A stretch of 64,000 bases of DNA from assembly GCA_900318905.1 (NCBI GenBank), contig ONMK01000001.1:3827-67826 (forward strand), in the 5' to 3' direction. Positions 18,698-27,357 of this stretch are shown one piece after another. The translations under genes were made by a program, and so were the position numbers. The notes beneath the pieces were generated by a model that was given only the letters and a program-made list of their open reading frames with translations, had not been told where the DNA came from and made no database searches. This DNA is from an uncultured Eubacteriales bacterium. GTDB lineage: Bacteria; Bacillota; Clostridia; Oscillospirales; Acutalibacteraceae. Every line of letters begins with the position of its first letter. The first letter of the stretch is position 1.

Positions 18698-19966
18698 TTA
18701 TTTTACGTTTCTGTTAATGAATCTTGTCCTGCGTTTTGAGTAAATGATTTTCTGCCCGGTATAAAGCCCGTAGTAGCCCGAAAGCATAAAGCTTATGCAC
18801 ACGGCAACGGCAAACAGGACTATGCCCTGCGAGCCGAACACTTCGATTGAAAGGATAATTGAAGCTATGGGGCAGTTTACTACCGCGCAGAAAAGGGCTA
18901 TCATTCCGACCGCCGCCGAAAACGCCGGCGGAAGCCCAATAAGTCCTCCGACAAGAGAGCCGAAGGTAGCGCCGATAAACAGCGTCGGGACGATCTCGCC
19001 GCCCTTATAGCCGAAGCCTATCGTAATTGCGGTAAAGATGATTTTTAAAACGAAGTCATAAGGCAAAACATCGCCGCCGACGAGCGCATAGTCGATAATA
19101 TTTGTGCCCGAGCCCGAATACCTTGTGCCTATAAAAAACGTCATGATGACGATTGCCGTACCGCCTACAGTAAGCCGTAAATACTCGTTCTTGAAAAACT
19201 TTGCGGCAAGCTTGTGAGTCCATTCAAGCGCAAGGCAGAAAAGAATGCTGACAAGCGCGCAGCCAACGCCGATAACCGCCGTTAGCAGAACATTGGGGAG
19301 CTCAAGCGAGGGAATCTTCTTAATAACGTATTCAACAGGCTCAAGGCCGAACATCCCTGTCACCCAAAACGCCGTAAGTGCCGAAACCATGCACGGCACA
19401 AACGAGCTGTAGTACATTATTCCTACGGAGATAACCTCCATCGCGAATATCGCCGCCGTTACGGGGGTGCCGAAAAGCGCGGAAAAAAGTCCGCTCATTC
19501 CGCACATGATAGCCATGTGCATATCCTTTTCGTTAAAGCGGAACACCCTGCCGATAAAGCTGCCTATAGTGCCTCCGAGCTGCAGCGCCGCGCCCTCACG
19601 ACCTGCCGAGCCGCCGAAAAGGTGGGTTATTATTGTAGAAACAAATATTACGGGAGCGAGCAGCACAGGAAGCTTTCCGTCGGTGCGCACCGAATTGATG
19701 ATAAGGTTTGTGTCGGCGTGTCCCGAAAGCTTTGTAACCCTGTACAAAAAGGCAATCACAAGGCCGCCCAGCGGCAAAAGCCAGCACAGCCAGGGGTTGT
19801 CGAACCTCAAATCGGTAACATAGTTGATCGAGTATCTGAACGCCGTGCCTATTCCGCCGCCCAGCGCGCCCGTAAGCGCCGCAAAAAGAATCCACTTTAC
19901 AAACGAAAACGCGTACTGACGCACGCGCACCGCGTTATGAGATAAAACCTTTTTTATTCCGTCCAT
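18698..19966 (-). CDS. ClC family chloride channel/transporter
   Basis: GGSAGREGAALQLGG, GYKGGEIVP, multiple TM segments. Confidence 0.92.
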   Translation of the reverse strand: MDGIKKVLSHNAVRVRQYAFSFVKWILFAALTGALGGGIGTAFRYSINYVTDLRFDNPWLCWLLPLGGLVIAFLYRVTKLSGHADTNLIINSVRTDGKLPVLLAPVIFVSTIITHLFGGSAGREGAALQLGGTIGSFIGRVFRFNEKDMHMAIMCGMSGLFSALFGTPVTAAIFAMEVISVGIMYYSSFVPCMVSALTAFWVTGMFGLEPVEYVIKKIPSLELPNVLLTAVIGVGCALVSILFCLALEWTHKLAAKFFKNEYLRLTVGGTAIVIMTFFIGTRYSGSGTNIIDYALVGGDVLPYDFVLKIIFTAITIGFGYKGGEIVPTLFIGATFGSLVGGLIGLPPAFSAAVGMIALFCAVVNCPIASIILSIEVFGSQGIVLFAVAVCISFMLSGYYGLYTGQKIIYSKRRTRFINRNVK

Positions 19967-19998
19967 ATTATCACCTGAATTAGATTATACTACTTTTT

Positions 19999-20088
19999 TA
20001 TACTATTTTCAATTAAAGCGCTTAAAAACAGATGTTAGCGGAATTTTACGCATCAGATGTTTAAGGGTCTTATTTGATAATAGTATTA
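19999..20088. repeat. MITE-like repeat, internally deleted copy (90 bp)
   Basis: Same termini and both CAGATGTT boxes as copies 1 and 3, but lacks the central hairpin segment. Confidence 0.8.
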
Positions 20089-20219
20089 TCTCTTGTTCAA
20101 CAAATAATCCGGGCTGTTTGGTATATAATATCATAAGTATTGTCAGTAACCCTTATACTATTAACAAGCCTTACTTTAACACAGTCGTAATAACAGGCGC
20201 ATTAGCCTTTTAAATATAT

Positions 20220-21440
20220 TTACCGTTTAACCACAACGCCCATAAGCATTTTGCGGCAGTACGGGCACTGATAATGCTCGTTGACAGCGCCGATGATCGC
20301 GGCGCCGCAATTGGGGCAGGTGTCCTTGACCACACGCTTTGCAAGCATCACCCGCAAGGTTCCGCCGTGCTTTTCGATCGAGCAGTTTTTAAGGTATCCG
20401 AGGCGTATGGAATGCCGTATTGATTTTACGATCCTTTTGGAAGTTTTAGTATGCCTAAAGGGGAGCGACTTTAGATCAACGGTAGGGTTTTTGCATCTCG
20501 CAAAACACTTGGCGCACCTGTTTGCGTTAACGGCGGCTCTCAGGCGCGTAACCATAATGCACAGCGGAATCAGCGTTATCGCAATGATAACAAGCGCGAA
20601 AATGACGGCGTCCATCATGCTCTGCTTTTCCAGCAAAACGCTGTTGTTGCGCAGCTTGCCCTGAAGGATCAGCTTTGTGAAATATTTTTCATCATTGTAT
20701 TTTTGAATCATATCAATAGCCATAAAACCATTGATAAGCAGTATTCCCAGCGAAACGCACAGCACAATGATTTGCCCCTTGATTCTGCCGATGAGTCCTT
20801 TTTTAGTGTAAAATTCGGGACGGCGTACTCCTTGAGAAACCGAGCTTGAAATGCTGTAAACGCGGTTGTCTGTAAGAACGCGCGCAAAAAGGTCGGATCC
20901 CTGACAATACGGGCAAACGCCAGTAAAGTACACGCGCTTTTCAATTTGAGCGCCGCAGTTGCGGCATTGGCACAGAGCTTTTTTGCTGTAAAGCTCAAGC
21001 ATGCGCCTGTTATCGCGTTTAACAGCGCGCACATTTCTCAAATAAATCGGGCGCATAATAAACAGCTGCAGCTTAACGCGCGCGGCGCTCATGCCGGTTA
21101 CGTCGGCAAGCTCCTCGTAAGTTACATAGCCGTCCAGATCGCCCTCAAAATAGTTTGAGTAAAACTCCGCGTTGAAAAGCGCGCGCCGCGAAATCAGCGC
21201 ACAGATCGACAGAACAACCCCGAGAATCAGGTTGAATACCGACGGCGAAGTTGCCTTTGCGTTTGCAAATGTGTTCCAGTCGTCTATGTATGTCAGCCGC
21301 AGCGACAGCAGAACAAAGCCTCCGAACATGATAAGCATAGCGCCGATAATAAGCAGTATTATGTTTTTTACTTTAAAAAAGCTCATTAAACCCGATTTTA
21401 AATACATATTCTTCTCCATTACTTTAATATATGCTGACAA
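20220..21440 (-). CDS. Membrane protein with two tandem (2TM + helical + zinc ribbon) modules
   Basis: CRNCGA...CPYC and CPNCGA...CPYC, each preceded by two hydrophobic helices; start uncertain. Confidence 0.7.
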   Translation of the reverse strand: MSAYIKVMEKNMYLKSGLMSFFKVKNIILLIIGAMLIMFGGFVLLSLRLTYIDDWNTFANAKATSPSVFNLILGVVLSICALISRRALFNAEFYSNYFEGDLDGYVTYEELADVTGMSAARVKLQLFIMRPIYLRNVRAVKRDNRRMLELYSKKALCQCRNCGAQIEKRVYFTGVCPYCQGSDLFARVLTDNRVYSISSSVSQGVRRPEFYTKKGLIGRIKGQIIVLCVSLGILLINGFMAIDMIQKYNDEKYFTKLILQGKLRNNSVLLEKQSMMDAVIFALVIIAITLIPLCIMVTRLRAAVNANRCAKCFARCKNPTVDLKSLPFRHTKTSKRIVKSIRHSIRLGYLKNCSIEKHGGTLRVMLAKRVVKDTCPNCGAAIIGAVNEHYQCPYCRKMLMGVVVKR

Positions 21441-21566
21441 TTATTATAACACCGTAAATCTTTTTTGTCATCATATTTAAAAACATAATTGCAGATAACA
21501 GAATTGTTGATATTTTAATTTGTTTATGGTAAACTTAATCCGTAACAACAAAAGGAGATGACATAA

Positions 21567-22091
21567 ATGGAACTGATACAGAGCTTTTCCGTAGACCATA
21601 TGCGCATAGTACCGGGCATTTTTCTAAGCCGTCAGGATACTGTCGGCGATGGCACGGTGACAACCTACGACGTAAGGCTTAAAAAGCCCAACCGCGAGCC
21701 CGTGATAGACGTTGCGGCGATGCATTCGCTCGAGCATATAATCGCAACTTACCTTCGCAACGAGCCTGACTGGAAGGACGAGGTCATCTACTGGGGACCT
21801 ATGGGCTGCCTTACGGGCTTTTACCTTATCTTAAAAGGCAGCCGTTCTCCGCGTGAGATATACGGTCTTTTGCTCAACGCCTTCAAGTCGGTCGGCAGCG
21901 CCGATTCCGTTCCCGGTACCGCTCCCGAAAACTGCGGCCATTACCTCATGCACAACATCGGCATGGCAAAATGGTACGCCGCGGAGTTTGCCGCGTATCT
22001 TGAAGAAAACCGCGATAACGATGAGATATTCGAGTACCCCAGAGCCGAGCGGCTTGTAACCGGCGACGGACAGCTGTTCTACGACTCATAA
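21567..22091 (+). CDS. luxS: S-ribosylhomocysteine lyase
   Basis: SFSVDH, HSLEH, GPMGCLTGFY, ENCG motifs. Confidence 0.95.
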   Translation: MELIQSFSVDHMRIVPGIFLSRQDTVGDGTVTTYDVRLKKPNREPVIDVAAMHSLEHIIATYLRNEPDWKDEVIYWGPMGCLTGFYLILKGSRSPREIYGLLLNAFKSVGSADSVPGTAPENCGHYLMHNIGMAKWYAAEFAAYLEENRDNDEIFEYPRAERLVTGDGQLFYDS

Positions 22092-22102
22092 TCATTAAAC
22101 TA

Positions 22103-22131
22103 AAGGCGCTTGCTTCGGCAGGCGCTTTTTT
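22103..22131 (+). terminator. luxS terminator
   Basis: AAGGCGCTTGC-TTCG-GCAGGCGCTTTTTT. Confidence 0.75.
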
Positions 22132-22253
22132 ATTTGCTGTTATAAGTTATATTTGACTAAATACAAGTTGTTTATGAAAAACTATTGCCAAAAACGGCAG
22201 GGTATTATATAATATAATTGTAATGAATTATTGCTCATCAAGGAGGACTGAAC

Positions 22254-24383
22254 ATGAAAAAGACAAGAAAAATTTTTTCCAAATGCTTAGCCCTTGCACT
22301 CGTCCTTGGCGTCCTTATGGGCGCGTTCCCCGTGAGTGTTTCGGCGGCGTCTGCCGGATCGGAAACCGTCGCGGCAGGAAAACACAGCATTTCCGTATCT
22401 TATGATTATGCGGATATAGAAAACCATGTTGCCGACACATCAAAACTCGGAACCGTAACGCCTTCGGCTACAAGCGCGTCGCAGGGCGAGATCATCACCC
22501 TGAGAGTCAATTCGCTTCCCGCTTATGCCGCGATCCGCGTTGTTTACTTGGACTACACGCCGACCGGTTCTGCCGGAGTGTGCAGGTACGAGCTGACCGG
22601 GGATTTGAAATTTGAAATGCCCGATTCCGACGTAGTCATTACGCCCTCCTACATGGTAAACAGGAGCAACGGCTACTACAAGGCGACTATCGAGGTATAT
22701 GATTACGAAGGCACCTACAGCAGCGCTTCCTTTGACCCTGACTATCCGCGCGGAGCAGGAGAGGCTTTCAATTTTGCCGCAGGCGCTACAGACCGCATCG
22801 TAAAGGGCGGCATCAGCTGCAGGGTTCTGACACAGCCCGATCCCAACGCGAACGTATCGCTCGGCTCAAGAATCGCTGTCCGTTACTACAATCAAAACGG
22901 AACTGCCTCAACAAACGTAATGAACTCAAACGTATATGACGCACCTAATTCCGACCAGCGCGTGCTTGTTTATTTTTCAAAGAAATACAGCGTTTACTGC
23001 ACCGATCTTCTCGACGGTATCCTGTATTTAAACGAAGATGAGGAGTACCCGCTTTATACCGACCAAACCGAGTATATCCCGGGGCAGCCCGTGTTTATTC
23101 ACGAGAGAACAAGGATCGAGGAATTCAACAAATACCCCGATGATTCCAAAGTATACATGATGTATTACGTTGCCGGCGGAAAGCTTAACTACTGCACCAG
23201 GTACAGCGATTCCGACCCGCGCTACTATTTCATCATGCCCGAGCACAACACCTACGCCGCTATGAAGCAGGTGTTTTACGTCGATGTAAAAACAAATGTA
23301 ACGGGCGAGGGCACGGTCAGGTTATCGGCCGACCGCGCCATAAACGGCGACGTTATTTCCGTAAACACAACGCCTGCCGAAGGTTATCGCCTGAAATCCA
23401 TTACACTCTCGTCCGATATTCAGGATAGGATGCTTGAGGAACCTTTGCCCGCCGATATCACCGACAGCAAGAGCTTTACAATGCCTATGGCTTCTGCATA
23501 TTATTCTCTTAGGGGCAAGACTATCACCGTAAACGCGGAGTTTGAAAAAGATATCTGCGAAGTAACCGTCAAAGCGGACGGAACAAATGAAGAAATCAAG
23601 GTATCGGTTCCAAGCGGAACAAAGTTTTATGACGCTATGGAAAACGCGGGCGTATACAGCGCGCTTGACAATATGGAAACCGATGACCGCCTGTTCCGTG
23701 AGATAGTTACAAAGCCGCTTGCCGATTTTGAAAATGAAGATGAATACACCGACGACGCGTTTGAGCTTATCAATTCCACTATAACCGGCAACATGACGGT
23801 TTACGCTACCTTCTTCACAAAAATCAAAAATGTCAGCCTTGAGCTTAAGCGCCCGGAGGCAGGAGTCAGCGTTACACTTGACGGCGATACGCAGAGCATC
23901 GTTCCCGAAATAACCTTAGCGAAAAATCAAAACTGCGCTCTCTACGACGATCCCAAATGGACGTTCGGCAATATGGAGGAATTGAACCTGAGCTATGAGG
24001 GCACATTCAACGCGGCTGAAACTTTTTACGTTGAAATGATGCTTGTACCTGATTTCGGTTACTGGCTCGACTGCAATACGGCCGTCAGCGCAACAGGCGC
24101 GGAGCTTGAGGAGGTAACCGGAAGAATGGCGATAGGTGTCGTTCTGTCTGCCAAGCCAATGCCGCTGTTGGGTGACGCAAACTGCGACGGTATTCTGAAC
24201 GTCCGCGACCTTACAGCTATTCAAAGGCATATCGACGAAAGCAGCCTGCTCACAGGCGACAGACTAATCGCAGCCGATATAAACAGTGACGGAACAGTCG
24301 ATATAAACGACGCGACGGCTTTACAGAGGTACTTTGCCGAGTACGAAACAAATTACCGGATAGGCAAATCAGTTGCGGCATAA
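22254..24383 (+). CDS. Secreted dockerin-containing protein with repeated small beta domains
   Basis: Signal peptide (VSVSA), repeated F[E/I/T]MP-type motifs, C-terminal GDANCDGILNVRD...AADINSDGTVDINDAT dockerin. Confidence 0.8.
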   Translation: MKKTRKIFSKCLALALVLGVLMGAFPVSVSAASAGSETVAAGKHSISVSYDYADIENHVADTSKLGTVTPSATSASQGEIITLRVNSLPAYAAIRVVYLDYTPTGSAGVCRYELTGDLKFEMPDSDVVITPSYMVNRSNGYYKATIEVYDYEGTYSSASFDPDYPRGAGEAFNFAAGATDRIVKGGISCRVLTQPDPNANVSLGSRIAVRYYNQNGTASTNVMNSNVYDAPNSDQRVLVYFSKKYSVYCTDLLDGILYLNEDEEYPLYTDQTEYIPGQPVFIHERTRIEEFNKYPDDSKVYMMYYVAGGKLNYCTRYSDSDPRYYFIMPEHNTYAAMKQVFYVDVKTNVTGEGTVRLSADRAINGDVISVNTTPAEGYRLKSITLSSDIQDRMLEEPLPADITDSKSFTMPMASAYYSLRGKTITVNAEFEKDICEVTVKADGTNEEIKVSVPSGTKFYDAMENAGVYSALDNMETDDRLFREIVTKPLADFENEDEYTDDAFELINSTITGNMTVYATFFTKIKNVSLELKRPEAGVSVTLDGDTQSIVPEITLAKNQNCALYDDPKWTFGNMEELNLSYEGTFNAAETFYVEMMLVPDFGYWLDCNTAVSATGAELEEVTGRMAIGVVLSAKPMPLLGDANCDGILNVRDLTAIQRHIDESSLLTGDRLIAADINSDGTVDINDATALQRYFAEYETNYRIGKSVAA

Positions 24384-24505
24384 GCCGTTACAAAAAAATT
24401 TGCAGGCTGACGGTTTTTGTCCTGTTTTTGTCCTGTTTGATCTGATATAATACAGCCATAGCAGAGGATAAAGCCCTCTCAAATCCAAATAAAGGAGTGG
24501 TTGTT

Positions 24506-24973
24506 ATGACAAGGATCGAAGTAATCAGAGCTACACAGGAATGGCAGCAAGCCGGCGCTTATTATGTACGCATCCAGGGAATGGACCGCAAATACCACAT
24601 TCCGCTCAGAGAAGAATTCGACGAGCACGACGGCGGAAAGAGCAGGTACATCGTCCTCACCGATGACGGCTATTCCTTCGCCACCTGCAGATTCTATGAG
24701 CTTGACGAAAACAGCGTTATGATAGGACGCGTGGTAATTCTTCCCGAATACCGCGGAAAGGATTTCGGCGCTAAAGTAATTGAAGAAGCCGAAAAGTGGA
24801 TATGGGAATCGGGATACACCGACATCTTCCTCGACGCACGGCTTGTCGCCATAGGCTTTTACGAGAAGCTGGGCTACGAAGTAGCGGATGATGAAATCAT
24901 CTACAGCTCACGCTTTGAGTGCAAAAGAATGCACAAAAAACTAAGCAAAGCAGCTTATACTGTTTTTAATTAA
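24506..24973 (+). CDS. GNAT family N-acetyltransferase (ElaA/YjcF-like)
   Basis: EEFDEHD, IGRVVILPEYRGKDFG, FYEKLGY. Confidence 0.9.
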   Translation: MTRIEVIRATQEWQQAGAYYVRIQGMDRKYHIPLREEFDEHDGGKSRYIVLTDDGYSFATCRFYELDENSVMIGRVVILPEYRGKDFGAKVIEEAEKWIWESGYTDIFLDARLVAIGFYEKLGYEVADDEIIYSSRFECKRMHKKLSKAAYTVFN

Positions 24974-25118
24974 AACGCTGTTAAAACAGATGTTAGCGGA
25001 AAATTTTGCAGAACAAGGCGGAGGACACAGGAATCATGACGGATTCCGAGGACGACAACGCAGTTATGCGGATTTTTACGCAACAGATGTTAATGGGTTT
25101 TATTTGATAATAGTATTA
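24956..25118. repeat. MITE-like repeat, copy 3 (163 bp)
   Basis: Full-length homolog of 13884-14045; overlaps the last codons and stop of the GNAT gene. Confidence 0.85.
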
Positions 25119-25128
25119 AAATTAACTA

Positions 25129-25170
25129 AACCGCCCCAAACTGTGTTGGCTACACAATTTGGGGCGGTTC
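25129..25170. terminator. Intrinsic terminator hairpin
   Basis: AACCGCCCCAAACTGTG...CACAATTTGGGGCGGTT. Confidence 0.65.
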
Positions 25171-25252
25171 AATTCTACCATAGGAGATGCTGCTTTTTCT
25201 ATTGTCTGCTTTTTACGGAGCTGTTCGCAAATGAGCCGGCAGCTTTATTTTT

Positions 25253-26506
25253 TCATTTTTTCGTTTGCAGGGGTTCGACGCTTTGAAACACCATAGCCGA
25301 TAAAAATTCCGAAAAGTAGCTGCGCCAGTAGTTAACGTGATGGCCGCCGAAATCATTGAAATGGAGCGCCGCTTTGTCGGCAGGATACCCCATATCTATA
25401 AGGAGGTTGTACATATCGGTGACGTAAGGATCGGTGTCGCCGCCTGAGGGACCTGTATAAAGGTAAATAAACGGTGCGTTTTTACCGAAGTCCTTTTCGC
25501 TTAGGTACTTTTTCCATGTATCTTCGCTGTATGTCCAAAACGACGGCGACTGAGCGCCTGCCGTTCCGAACACCTCGGGGTATTCCATAGTGATATAGAA
25601 TGTTTCCAGACCGCCGAGCGAAGCGCCCGTGACCGAGGTATGCAGCGCGTCGGTATAAACATTATAGTTCTTTTGAACATACGGAACAAGCGTTTCAGCC
25701 ATGAAGCGCGCAAGGTCGGTGCCCTTCTTTTTTGTGAGCTTGCTGTATTCTTCTTCCGCGATCTTCCCTATATCGGGAACCAGCTCGTCGTCGCGGTTGT
25801 ACTCTGTCATATCGCCGCAGGTGCTGACCAACACAACGATAGCCTTGTATCCGGTATTTTCAGCCATGCACCTGACCTGGTCGGGAATATACATGCAGTC
25901 CTCGGGCCTGACTTCGGGATCATTGTGATTGATCTCATCATCACCGTCCAGCACGTAGATAGTGGCATACTTTTCAGCGGAATCGGCGTCATAGTCCTCG
26001 GGGACCCAGAAAAAGACTTCCTTTTCGTAACCGTTGAAGTCGAACTTTGCCTCTTTAAAGCTCGGTATATAATCGGTATCTTTTCCATAGGTATAAGGAA
26101 TATATCCGTTTTTGGATTTATACCAGCCGCTTACGCATTTATTGAATGCGAATTTTCTGGTATCTTTGCCGTCGCAGGTAAAATAAGCGACGTTGTACTT
26201 CTTAACGTTTCCGCGGCACGAAAAAATAAATGAATCATCGTCCTCTCCGCATTTTTCCGCATCAACCTTTTCGCTTTTTCCGGTCGCGCTGTTTAAAAAG
26301 TTGCAAACGACCTTTTCGCTTTTGTTGCTGTCCTTGAAATAAATCGTATGAAGCGATCCGTTATCTTCGGTATGCGTTGAGTCGGGCGTGGCTTCGGAGC
26401 TGCCGCTCTGTTTTGAGCCGCACGCTGTAATCACTATAGCAAAAACAAAAACCAACGCAATTATTGCGATTGTTCTTCTGTTTTTCCGATTGTTCAATGC
26501 TCTCAC
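25253..26506 (-). CDS. Alpha/beta-hydrolase lipoprotein, paralog of 9475-10707
   Basis: Lipobox ITAC, YVLDG, RDDELVPD, GASLGG, GGHHVNYW; start uncertain. Confidence 0.82.
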   Translation of the reverse strand: MRALNNRKNRRTIAIIALVFVFAIVITACGSKQSGSSEATPDSTHTEDNGSLHTIYFKDSNKSEKVVCNFLNSATGKSEKVDAEKCGEDDDSFIFSCRGNVKKYNVAYFTCDGKDTRKFAFNKCVSGWYKSKNGYIPYTYGKDTDYIPSFKEAKFDFNGYEKEVFFWVPEDYDADSAEKYATIYVLDGDDEINHNDPEVRPEDCMYIPDQVRCMAENTGYKAIVVLVSTCGDMTEYNRDDELVPDIGKIAEEEYSKLTKKKGTDLARFMAETLVPYVQKNYNVYTDALHTSVTGASLGGLETFYITMEYPEVFGTAGAQSPSFWTYSEDTWKKYLSEKDFGKNAPFIYLYTGPSGGDTDPYVTDMYNLLIDMGYPADKAALHFNDFGGHHVNYWRSYFSEFLSAMVFQSVEPLQTKK

Positions 26507-26529
26507 TCCCCTTTTTTTATTATCTGCTA

Positions 26530-27342
26530 TCAGGTCAAAGATATCATATCAAGGTACCAGCTTCCGTCGATCTTCTTGAAGGAAGCCTTGGGAGAAACGC
26601 TCTGCGTTCCCACAAGCGGCAGCTCAGCCGAAATCTTGATATTACCGTCGGCTGTTTCCTTATCGCCGCCGTAACTCAGGTTTTCAAGCTCGCATTTATA
26701 GGTGAGCGAATTTTGGGTAAGGTTGTTGAGCGCCGATACAACGGCAAACGCGGTTTTTGCCTTTACCTCTCTGTTTTCGGGCGTTACCAGCGCCTGCATT
26801 GCGGCCTCGTCGTTATCGTTGAGCGCCTTTTCAAAGAGCTTTACAACTGCCTCGGGGTCAGCTGAGCCCTTTTGAGCGGGAGCATCGGTCGCCTTTGTGT
26901 CCACGGTATTCGAAACCGACGAGGGCTTGTCCGCCTTTTTATCGTCCTTGCCGCCGAAAAGCTTAACAGCGCCGAAAACCAGTCCCGCAATAAGCAGCAA
27001 AGCCGCACCCGCAAGGACAATGATTATCACGATGTTATTCTTCTTTTTAGGCGGGGCAGATGGCGGCTGACGGTTAAACGAGTCGTCAAATTCCGCTGGA
27101 GATCGCTGCTCTTCATAAGCAGGCGTCGAAGGGACCGAAACGGGCTCGCCTGTACTGCCGTAGCTGAGCACGGGCTGTTCCTCAGCAACCGGCTCAGCTG
27201 TATTTCCGTACTGCAAAACGGGCGTTTCGTCCGCAGCCTGAGTATTGATATCCTGAATATGCGGCAGCTCGATTTTAGTGCCGCACGCGGGACAGAACTT
27301 TTGAGTTGGCTTTAAAAGCTTATTGCAATTTGGGCAATTCAT
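26530..27342 (-). CDS. Zinc-ribbon single-pass membrane protein with NTF2-like extracellular domain
   Basis: MNCPNC...QKFCPACG, Pro/Glu-rich linker, TM helix, PEAVVKLFEKAL...KIDGSWYL. Confidence 0.8.
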   Translation of the reverse strand: MNCPNCNKLLKPTQKFCPACGTKIELPHIQDINTQAADETPVLQYGNTAEPVAEEQPVLSYGSTGEPVSVPSTPAYEEQRSPAEFDDSFNRQPPSAPPKKKNNIVIIIVLAGAALLLIAGLVFGAVKLFGGKDDKKADKPSSVSNTVDTKATDAPAQKGSADPEAVVKLFEKALNDNDEAAMQALVTPENREVKAKTAFAVVSALNNLTQNSLTYKCELENLSYGGDKETADGNIKISAELPLVGTQSVSPKASFKKIDGSWYLDMISLT

Positions 27343-27357
27343 TTTGTACCTCCGTCT

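Noticed and set aside
24990-25286. 98-aa ORF
   Set aside because: Starts inside the MITE-like repeat, crosses a terminator and has no RBS.
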